From positions 55,848,319 to 55,909,483 of the forward strand of contig NC_068986.1 in the NCBI RefSeq assembly GCF_001194135.2: a stretch of 61,165 bases of DNA. Reading direction: 5' to 3'. The notes under the pieces are model-generated. The model ran no database searches. It was not told the DNA's origin and saw nothing but the letters and a program-made list of their open reading frames with translations. Positions 12,001 to 24,000 of this stretch are shown one piece after another (positions within the stretch are counted from its first letter, which is position 1; every line of letters starts with the position of its first letter). The stretch comes from Octopus bimaculoides (lineage: Eukaryota). The translations under genes were made by a program, and so were the position numbers.

Positions 12001-15000
12001 TGTCTGATCCATGCAAGCATGGAAAAGTAGATGTTAAAATGATAATGATTTTTGCTGATATATATATACACTTCAGAAATATACATACGTACATATGAAT
12101 AGGCTTTAAACTGCAAGGTGTATATCTGATTATAAAATGATTACTTCTGTGTGTGTGTGCGTGTGTGTCTCTCTCTCTTTCTGTAATGTATATATCAGCA
12201 AAAATGTAAAGGTCAACGTGAAAACAAATAAAAATGAAGTTTTCAAATAAAGTCCTCTTGCAATATTTATTCTGTTATCAGCAATGTTGCAGGTCAGTCA
12301 TTAGCCAGTTGGAAAAGACCAACTAATGATTGTATTGCTTACAAAATGCAATACAAATTAAATAAATGAAAAATAAATATTTTCCTCAACTTTTGATTTC
12401 CAGAAGTGCAATGTTCTAGAACCTCTTTGCTGTTTCCATTTCCCTACCAAATATTGGCACTGAAAAGTTCATCTACATCATACGGAGACAACAAGGGATG
12501 CTCAGTCAGCATGTGGCCTTTCATGACTTTTCATATATCATGTGCACTGTTATGATCATTTATTTGTACTTGTGTCAATGTTTATCTGAGATGAGTTGAT
12601 GCAGCTCCACCCAGTGAATTCACAGCTGTGCATTCATTAGTGAAGTCTCATTTGAAATGTAATTTCCACAAGGTTTCTCAAAACAAGTATAACATCATGA
12701 TTATATAAGCATAATAGTCCTTTTACTAAAATTTTGAAAACGTGCTCTTTAGACCTGACTAAAATATATTCTTATGATTTACTTTGTGTAATATATATCA
12801 TCATCATCATCATCATCATCGTTTAACGTCCGCTTTCCATGCTAGCATGGGTTGGACGATTTGACTGAGGACTGGTGAAACCGGATGGCAACACCAGGCT
12901 CCAGTCTGATTTGGCAGAGTTTCTACAGCTGGATGCCCTTCCTAACGCCAACCACTCAGAGAGTGTAGTGGGTGCTTTTACGTGTCACCCGCACGAAAAC
13001 GGCCACGCTCGAAATGGTGTCTTTTATGCGCCACCCGCACAAGCCNNNNNNNNNNNNNNNNNNNNNNNNNNNNNNNNNNNNNNNNNNNNNNNNNNNNNNN
13101 NNNNNNNNNNNNNNNNNNNNNNNNNNNNNNNNNNNNNNNNNNNNNNNNNNNNNNNNNNNNNNNNNNNNNNNNNNNNNNNNNNNNNNNNNNNNNNNNNNNN
13201 NNNNNNNNNNNNNNNNNNNNNNNNNNNNNNNNNNNNNNNNNNNNNNNNNNNNNNNNNNNNNNNNNNNNNATATATATATATATATATATAAAAATACAAA
13301 ATAGAGTGAAAAGACTACAGGAGGCTCGTGTTATAAGGTTAAAGAATATATTTAAATCATTATGTTAGAAAAATGTTAGAAAATTTTGCATATAGTAACA
13401 TTGTTTTTGGAGAAATAAGTGGTTTCGTATTTTCTTTTCAAATTTCTCAACCTACATTGTGTCATGTCTTCGCTATGTTGTGAACTATGGAGTTCCAGAC
13501 AGGGGAAGGTAATCAGGGATTTTTTCGGTATAAGGGAAATAATCAAAAATGTTGGGAATGACTAGGTTTTATTAATTTCCTTATTTAATCTAACTTGTGT
13601 TGGTGTTCCAATGGCACATTGGTAGAATGGAAAAATTACAAATTGTGATAGCAGTTGCTTTGTGCATTTCTCAATATGTTCACTAAAGGGTATCATTCTG
13701 TATTCTGGGAATATGATCTCCTATTGGTGCAGAGTGCATCTGCATCTGAGTGATAATCCTGTGGACCCTATGTAGTTTTGGTGGCAGCCCGAGCATCTTA
13801 TAACATAAATCAAGTTTTCTGAAGCACAAGTAAAGTCAGATTTGATTTTGACCCTCTTTGAAAAGGAATTCTCATCCTTCTAGAAGGTTTGGACATGTTG
13901 TGCAATTTAGTCGACCACATTTTTTCACTTTTGCGTCCGTTATTTTTTTAAATAATTTTGCCTCTGTGAGGATCTTTTTTACTGATGTCAGTTGTTTGTG
14001 TAAAATTTCCTTTAATTTGGGGTCCTTATGTAGCATTGGTAAATTTTGGGTGATGATGGTGAAGGCTTTTTTGTTTCTGGAGTTGTATGTGGATATGTAC
14101 GGCAGTATTTTTGAGGAAGGTGTGTTGCTGTGTTGCACTTTTCTTAAGGTTTTTATGTCGATTAGTGTTGCACGTCTGATTCCATCCTCTGTTAGTTGAA
14201 CTGGGTAGTGTTTATCAATTAGGGTGTTTTTGAGTTCTTGCAGTCTAAAGTCTCTGGTACTTTTTTCTGACATTATTGTGCATATCCTTCTTGCAAGGTT
14301 GAAGGGGATGTTTGCTTTGGTGTGAATTAAATAGTAGATATTGTTTGGCATCTGTGGTTTTGTAAAATGTGTCAGTTTCTATTTTTAGGTTTATTATTTT
14401 AATGATATGATGGGAGTTCCTTTTGGTTGTACTCCATTGTGAACTGTATGTTTGGGTTGATACTGTTCAATAGTCTTTTGAATTTCAGGAGTTTGTTTGT
14501 GTTTTCATTCCAGAGCATGAAACAGTTGTCTAGGAATCTTTTCCAATTTTCTTTTACATATTGAGAAAGGGGGTTTCCAAAGGTAGATAAAGATTCCTGG
14601 CATATTATTATTTCCAGATAGCCCATTGTTAGGTTCGCAATGACCGAGGCTGCCCTAGTGCCCATGGCAATTTCGGATTTTTGTCGATAAAATGTATTGT
14701 CAAACATGAAGTGGTTGTTTTGTAGGATGAATTCAACTGATTCAATTTTGAATTCTTTGCTGATCCTTTCCGGTATTTCTTCCGGAAATTGGTCCAGCCA
14801 GAACTGAATTGCCTCTAGCCCATAATTATGAGGTATACTGGTATATAAATTAATTACATCAAATGAAACCATAATTGTTACTTCCTTGACTTTTTGGGGG
14901 AGGTGATTTAACATACCCAAGTCATCTCTGATATGGCTATTGATGTGTTTAAGTCTGTGTTTCACAGTCTGGGCCAGCTATAATGGGTCGTAGTTTTAGG

Positions 15001-18000
15001 TGCCCTGGGTTTGGTGTGTGTATGTACATCTTTGGTGATTTTTTTAATAGTTTCATTTATAATCTGGCTTTTGTGGATTTTTGGTAGACCATAGAAAAAG
15101 CTAAGTTTGCATTTAAAGTTTATTAAAATGTCAATTTCTTTGGTTGTCAGTTCTTTTCCATGGGTTTTAATTAGTGAGGACAGAGTTTTCATTATGTTTT
15201 GCAGGGAGTAATTTGTGATTTTTCGTAATGTTCACTATCATCAAGCATGGAGATTACTAGATTTCTATAGTATAATGTGTCCATTATTACCACTGCACTT
15301 CCTTTATCTGCTTCATCATCATCATCATCATCGTTTAAAGTCCACTTTTCATGCTAGCATGGGTTGGACGATTTGACTGAGGACTGGTGAAGCCAGATGG
15401 CAACACCAGGCTCCGATCTGATTTGGCAGAGTTTCTACAGCTGGATGCCCTTCCTAACGCCAACCACTCAGAGAGTGTAGTGGGTGCTTTTACGTGCCAC
15501 CGACACGAAGGCCAGTCAGGCGGTACTGGCAACAGCCATGCTCAAAATGGTGTATTTTATGTGCCACCCACACAAGAGCCAGTCCAGGAGCACAGGCAAT
15601 GATCTCGCTCCAAAATCCTTACACATGTCATGGGCACAAGTGCCAGAAAGGTGACGCTGGGCACAGGTGCTATCCCGATTTCGCTTTCGCTTGACCCAAT
15701 AAGTCTTCGCAAGCTGAGTTCTGTGTCCAATGAGGGAGACGACGTTGGCACGGGTGTCAGTCGTCGAATTTAGTTCGATTTCACTTGCCTCAACAAGTCT
15801 TCACAAGCGGAGTTTAGTATCCAATGTAGGAAATTTGTNNNNNNNNNNAAGTCTTCACAAGCGGAGTTTAGTATCCAATGTAGGAAATTTGTATTCATGT
15901 ATATATTTGTGCCTTGCAAATATATACCTATATACGTAGATTATCTGTGCGTATGAATCTGTGTATTTTGATGTATATCTATATATATATATGTATATAT
16001 ATGTTGTGGATAGTCTAGTATGCATATATGCTATTGTAATTTTATTTTATTTTGAATGCAGCGTATATTTTATTTTATTTTATTTGATTTTAATGTGTTA
16101 ATTCGAATATAATTAATTATTTACAATATCTATTTTGAGCCCATTTTTCTATTTAAGGCTTTCTTCGATATTTTTAAAAATAGGATGAATCTATATTAAA
16201 TTCACTTGTTTTGTTCATTACGCATCCATGACTGTTATTTGAAACGACCAATCAAACAGATCTATGTGTTTCAAATTTTATATTACTTTTGATTGCATTG
16301 TTATTCCTTTCCCGATGAACGGGAACGTGAAACTCAGAGTAACAGTCTTTTGTTATATTTCTGCTGCTTTTAAATAAAGCATATTACTCTACCTCTGGTA
16401 TTTGAGTACTCTTTTTTCCACCTTGTTGCACATTTTATGTGCTTACTCCGGTATATATATATATATATATATATATGATGTTTCTTAAATTACCATTTTA
16501 GTAATTTAGTTTAATTTATGTTGAGCAACACTAATTAGAAAAAGTATCAGTTATGGTATTTAGCAAAGGGACCCATCACTATTTAATAAAAACTACTGAA
16601 ATACAGAAAGTATAACTTTATATTATAAAGTTATAAATGGTAGATGTGTGTAACTGTGTTGTCTTATACACACATCAATGAAAACAACCTTCAGTATTCA
16701 ATAAGTTTTGTGGACCTTGATGATACTGTAATATTTTTACAGATATTACCAACTAGCTTGGCCTAACTTGCTTATCTCTGCCATTCATGAATAACAATAT
16801 CACATAAGACCTACTGTCAGTAAAATGGCTTACTGTTTCATCTACATTGAAGTAATTGATCTCTAAGTGCTTTGGATAAACAAAATATGAGTAAAACAGG
16901 AATTTTTTTTTTTTACCTTTCAGTCAGAAGGGAAGGCAGTGGAAGGAAGAAGGAGGTATATCCTCAAACCAGAGAACTGACTTGAATACTTGCAATAGAG
17001 CAGACTCTATTAAAGCACTGAAGATGTCAGGGGTGGTGTTAAGCCAGATGATGGATTAAGTCTACCTCCCATGTAGGACATGATGGCATTTGCATTCAGA
17101 TCAAAAAGTACCAGAACAAATATTACAAGGTGCCTGATCTGTTTTTACAGTTCTGCTAATCCATTACCCTCTTTTGGTACTTTTTATTGAACCCAAAATG
17201 ATAAAAGACAAAACTGATGTTGTGGGATTTGAACTCAGCATGGCAAGAATCAGGACAAATACTACAAAGCTTTCTATCTGACATTGCCATGACTCTGCAA
17301 ATTCAACACCTTGAATGTGTTTACTAATTTATAATGCAAGAACTTTAATAATATAAAACTCAGAGTTAAAATTGATGGGTAGCATTATACTCAACATCGT
17401 TTCAACAGCAGTTTTTAATGTCCCCTTTTCCATACTTGTATGGGTAAGACAGAATTTATTCAGGCAGATTTTCTATGTCCGGGTGCCAACACTCACCTGT
17501 TTCCAATCAATGTCGTATTTCCCTTTGGTCAGGCATGCTTTATTGGAAATGAATGATGTTGCTTTTATAACAATGACTCACATTTACTGCTATCATATGA
17601 GGTCAAGACAAGGAGACAAGAACACACACACACACAATGGGCTTCTTTCAGCTTCCTTCTACCAAATTCTCTCATGAAACTTTGGTTGACCTGGGGCTGT
17701 CCAAAGTGCCACACAATGGGACTGAACTTGAAACCATATTGTTGGGAAGCAAGCCTCTTAACTACACATCCATGCCTGCATCTTAAATGTAAAATAAGAG
17801 GTGAATATAAAATATATTACCAATTTTTAGGTACAAAACAAAAAAAAGGGGGTTGTTTTATGTCTGAGGCCATATTGTACTAAAGTAAATACAGATAAAC
17901 ATTAGAAAAAACAAAGGAATTGGTAGTGGGGCTCTGAAAGGGGTCTCAGAGGGTAGTGTCCTTACCTTCCTGAGCTAGTTTTCCACCACATTTCTTAAAA

Positions 18001-21000
18001 ATTGTGGTAGAGGCCTTGGTCTTGGGATCACTGATGTCTAGAAACTGAGGTTAGGGGTAAGCAAGGGTATGCTCCCCGTAGAAAATCCAGCTCCAAAAAG
18101 CCTCATGATAGCAAAGGAGAATGGGTACCAGCTAGCCCAAAGATTGGGGTGGGCTGCACCTGCCTACTTCGGTTGCTATGGCATTCAGGTAGACCCACCC
18201 CACCCCATTAACGGGGACAAAATTTGGATTTAAAACACTGGATGATGGTGATGATAAAGGAAGATAGTATCATATAAAGAATATTGATGTTGTGACTGAC
18301 CTGACAACGTATCCAAAACAGTACATGGGTTCTTATAGATGTCACTTGGTTCTCCTTCATCCCAGTTTGTGTAATCTATTTCAGTACCATCAGCCCATCT
18401 AGTTTTATGAAAGAAAACAGTAGGAGATATTTCAGCTGTATAGCAGTAAAACAGTAGAATAATACAGTAGAATATTGGAATATAACAGCAGAATAGTAAA
18501 CAAAAATAGAATAGAAAATTGAACAAGAGAACAGTAGAATAGTATGATAAAATAGTAGAATAATAAAGAATAGACAACAGTAGAGTGATAGAATAGTAGA
18601 ATATGTAGAAGATTAGAATAAACCCTTTTTCAGCATCTTGAGACTATTAAAATGGAAGTAGGTTGTCTGGCATGAATTCATGATGTGGGTAGTTGGCAGT
18701 GTTAAACTTGATGACTAATTAAGTAACTATCTAAGAATAGGAATGATCCCTCTGATGAACTTACCCACAATTTCTTTGTCCCAAATATCACTGTCAAGGT
18801 TTTGCTCAAAGTGTCACAAAAAATGCGATGAACTCCTAACTCACACAGCCATGCCTGAAACTATTGGCAGTAGTAAGGTTTAGCACTGTATCACAAATGG
18901 CATGATCATAAGTTAAAAATTGCATTGCTATTGTTGTTGTTTACCTTCAGTTTAGCCATGATTTAAACCGTATTAAAATTAAAGGTATCATATCTTGATC
19001 ATCCAAATTTTTCCTTTTGAAGAAAACAATGTATCTAGAACCACATTATATAATCAATTTTGTTTTTAACACAGTTCTTTTTTTAAATACAAAACAGTTA
19101 AAATTGATGGGTTTTCATATACACAAATGCAAAAAACAACAAGGAAAAAGGTAAGAGAATGAAATACTAATTTTCAGGTAGAATATATAGAGGTTATATT
19201 ATAATCAAGATTGTATTATACTTGCATGAATATATTAAAATATAAAATGTGCTTTGATGTAAGATATACACAGAAGTAATCTGTACGATAAAGATTTGGC
19301 TACTATTTATAACAGGTCAAGCACTTATGTAAAGGTTCCCTGGTTAGCAAGATCGAAACTGTGTTGTAAACCTAAATATTTTTCACTGTCTTAATCAACT
19401 AAATACCAGTTATCAAACTTACTCAACAGTTGAGGGATGACTTATAGGAGAAAAGTAACTACTAGATGTTGCAAAATAGCTGAGTCAGCCCTTTCTCCAG
19501 ATAGGGGATGGAACTAATGATGATAATATTATTGTTATATTTTGGGATGATCAATTGTTTTTTCCCCAAGTTACCACATTCACTATATACTCGTTCTTCA
19601 CTTCAGCTTTATTATCATTCATATTTTAGTGTTCTTTGTCTGGAAACCTTTTGTGACACATCATGTGACCTCCTCAGTGACTCTCCATCCCATCTGTCTC
19701 CTATCCTGTTCAGTCCATACTCCAGTCTGGGAAGGAGAGTCACTGAAGTGGTCACAAGATGTGTGATGAAGGATTTCCAGGCAAATGACACCAAAATGAG
19801 AATAATAGTAAAGTTGAAGTGAAGAATGAGGATATAGTGCATGTGGTTATATATAAAAAATAAAAAAAAATTACCGACCTGAAATATAACAATATCTGTT
19901 TCAATACACAATTTCACATCAGGAATCTTGCAAAGGAAATACATAAGCGATGATAATATTGTTGATTGAATTAAATAGTCATAGACACACTATGGCTTCT
20001 ATAACAACAAGATGATCATAGTGTAACATCTTCGATCCTAGATCATGACTGGTTTGGAGGTAAGTAACAACAGCAATAATACAGTTTTGCATTCATGACC
20101 ATCAATTATCAGTGAGCAGACCTATGTTCACCTATGACCTATTATCAATGAGCAGACCTATGTTCACAAGCAGTCCTTCCATGACTACCCCATGTAGGAG
20201 GTTCAGAAGCTTGCTTTCCAATCACATGGTTTTAGGTGCCTCAGGCAAGTGTCTTCTATTAAACCTTGGGTTGACTATAGCCTTGTGAATGGAGTTGGTA
20301 GATAGAAACTGAATGAAGCCTGTTATATATAAGGTTAAAGGGTTACACATGAATAAATATTTATTAAAACAGTAAGAAGAAAATGCTTAGAAAACTTTCA
20401 TGGAAAATAGAAAGGAAATATGGTATTAGGAAGGGCATCCAGCTGTAGAAACCATGCCAAATCAGACTAGAGCCTGGTACAGTCTTCCAGCTTACCAGCA
20501 CTGGTCAAACCATCCATCTCCATGCCAGCATGGATGACAGATGTTAAATGATGATGATACACACACACACACTCACACACACACGCACACGTGTATGTGC
20601 AGCTTGTCTTAACATCATGTGATGCATTACTTTCATGCAAGCAATGCTGTTCATTTCTGGTCTTCCACAGAAAAACATCGAGCCAAGGGAAATATTACTT
20701 TACTTAGAAAAGGTGAGATGTGGTGACAGGAAAGACATTTGTATGTTGAAAACCTGACTCAACAAATTCTGTCTGATACATGTGAACATGGAAAAATGGA
20801 CATCAAATGATGATGATGATTCTATATTGAGCACCACATTATCCAACACTTGCATTTTTAAAGACTATAGAAAGTGGTTGGACTGAAATTTGGTTGCTAT
20901 TTCTATCAGAACAAGCAATCTAATAGAATCTTGCTCATTCTTAACCTCCAATGATTTTTGACATCATTTTTGGCACAGTTCCATGAAATAGTTATCTGCA

Positions 21001-24000
21001 GCAGGTGAGATGCAGAACAAAATAGAGATTGGACATTCTCTATTTCTTTTCCCTCCCACTGGAATTAAAATGCAATGCTGTGATGGCATGGCATAAATTA
21101 GACACTTTGCTTTGAGCATTTCTTTCTTGTATGAAAGTTTAATGAAAACTGAAATAAAAATCCATTAATCCTTTTGATACCAGTCCGCTTGGGACTGGCT
21201 CTGGTTCTATTATACAAAACTTTTAGTTTTAAAGTGCTCACAGTTTTAAATTATCACCTTCTACCATAATTTTATTTTACTCACTTTTGTTAATATATGC
21301 TCCAAACACCCACATGATAATGAAACAGTTAATTTACTAAATACTGCTAAATTATTAATTATTTTCAAAATTAATTGAAGCACTAAATAGGTGGCACATT
21401 TCCTTATAAGAATAGTCATGAAAATGTTAAAACATGTTCAATAAATGTTTTCAGCAACCAACCAGCCAACCAACTAACCATCAACCAGCCAGCCAGCAAA
21501 CCAGCCAGCCAGTCAGCCAACTGTTTGAATTGAAATGACACATTTGCAGAATCATTAGAACAAAGGACCAAATACTTGAGATATCTATTCTGGCTTATAC
21601 CTTGTGGTATTTGTTCCGACTCACTACATTCAAAGTTCAAATCATGCTATGGTCAACTTTAACTCTCACCCACTCAGGGTCAATAAAATAAAGAACCCAT
21701 CCAGAATGGTGAATTGATGGAATTGTTGAAGTTTTGAATAAGATGATGCCTTGTACAGTTCTATATCTAAGAGATGAGGAATTATGTACATTATTTACAT
21801 TCGATGAATATTTATCCTCATCTTGTTTGTTGTTAACACAACGTTTTGGCTGATATACCCTCCAGTCTTCTTCAGGTATCTTGGGGAAATTTCGAACCTG
21901 GGTTCTCATTCCTAAGGTATTTTTCAATGTTATTATTATTATTATTATTATTGTTATTGTTCAGGTCACTGCTTGGAATTGAACTTGGAATCCACTACGC
22001 TATATGCCCACGGGCATATGGCCTAGTAGTTAAGAGCACGGGCTACTAACCTCAAGATTCCGAGTTCAATTCTAAGCAGTGACCTGAACAATAACAATAA
22101 TGATAATAGTAATAATAACATCGAAAAATACCTTAGGATGAGAACCCAGGTTCGAAATTTCCCCAAGACACCTGAAGAAGGCTGGAGGGTATATCAGCCA
22201 AAACAAACAAGATGAGGACAAATATCCGTTGAATGTAAATAATGTAAATAATGATGCCTTGTGTTCTGACTTCTTGTGTGTGGTAGATTTAATCCTCTAC
22301 ACCAGTGGACTCCTATGGACCTCTTTGATTCCCATTTTACTTTGGTGGATCCTCAAAGCCATTTTATGTTTAAAAAATCCTTCTGTATTTTCATAATTAA
22401 ATTTTATTAGGAACTCTATAAGTATATAGAGAAATATAACCAATTTATTACACATAAACTTGTCAACAACCATTTCTTTTTACAATGTGAGTCAGTTACG
22501 AACTTTTGACAGTAGGTCATGGTAAGATGAAAGAAAAGCAATAATTTACAACTGTAAATTCTCCAAGAATAGTGGATATTGTTTAGCAGTGTCATTGCTT
22601 TTTCATACATTATACTTCCCATTTTAAATCTTGCTTGAAATATTTCCTCACTCTGTAAATCAATGAGATTCTTCGACAAAAAGATATCTACATCAACAGT
22701 ATTAACTTCAAAAGGTATATTTAGCGCGAGTACTATTTACTTACTCAAATAAAGTCAGAAATGAGAGTTTATACACGATTGGTGCTATGCACTACAATGC
22801 ACAATGATTTTAAGTGTTAGAGAAAGAAATCTAGTTGTTTCTTGCAAATATTACATTTAAAGCAAAATATTTTCCCCAACCTCTATGCACACTCAATTTT
22901 GCTCACACTGACCTCACAAAATCTTATATGGATCCCTGGAGTCATATGGACCTGGGGTGAGAACCATTGTTTCATGCAATTTAACACCACCACTTAACCT
23001 TTTTGTGTCTTTAAAAGAATACATTCTGTTACATTTGACCTACATATCTGACAAACCCAAATATTGATTTCATGCTCCCAGCCAGAACCTTGCAAAAGAT
23101 ACTAGAAGTCAAAGTATCAACTGATTGCTTTAAAAGATGAACCATTTCATTATAGTTTGATGACAACAGGGTCCATAGACACAGATTGAAGACTTTTTAA
23201 TGAGGTTGTAGCTAGTTAGCTAATCTCCTAGGGAGGCAATAGCTAATTAACCGATTTCTAAATGACTTTATAGCTTATTAACTGATTCCTAAATAAGACA
23301 AAAGCTAGTTAGCTAATCGATAGTGAAACAATAATTAGTTGGCTAATCTCTAAATGAGACAATATTTTGTTAGCTAAACACTTAACAACACAATAGTTAA
23401 TTAGCATATCATTATTTTATGCCTGTTTTTCCAAGTTGATATGGGTTAGACAGGTCATCACACTTCAACTTGGTTCTTGTTTCGAGTTGCTAGCCTCTCA
23501 AATGAGTTGAAGGACTACTTCTTGCATGCATGTTCCAATTTTTGACAAGGTTCCTAGAGCTGGATGCCTTTACTAACACCAAACACTTTACAAAGTGTAT
23601 TGAGTGCACTTTATCATGGCACCAGCACCAGAGAGGCTGACTTGTCTCAACAAGACCTCTCAGTCCTATGTTGTTTCTACTTGTCTCTGCCTTAAATTGT
23701 TTTCTCCATTCAAAATGAGACAACAGGTAATTAGTCTATCTCTTAATGAGATGCTACAAATTTGTCTTAGAGGATTGGTATAACCAACTGAACCAAATAC
23801 ATCGATATTGCTACACATTATATTACCTCTGAATTGATAAAAAACAAATCCAGTCTCATTAAAATTTGAACTTGGAGAATTAAAACTCAATACTGTTAGG
23901 AATTTAGACCTGGCTCTTTTTATATCCACTAAATTATCATCTGGTATATATAATTTTTTCCTTTTAACAATAAGATCAAATATTTTCAGGGATGGTCTAG

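Noticed and set aside
15795-15895. Exact duplication of about 45 nt on both sides of a 10-N gap (15839-15848)
   Set aside because: Typical unmerged contig overlap; treated as an assembly artefact.
23050-23098. Possible exon reading [16 protein letters not shown] or FWLGA
   Set aside because: Weak splice sites, a stop in the FWLG frame, and a much better WIG exon at 25897-25958.
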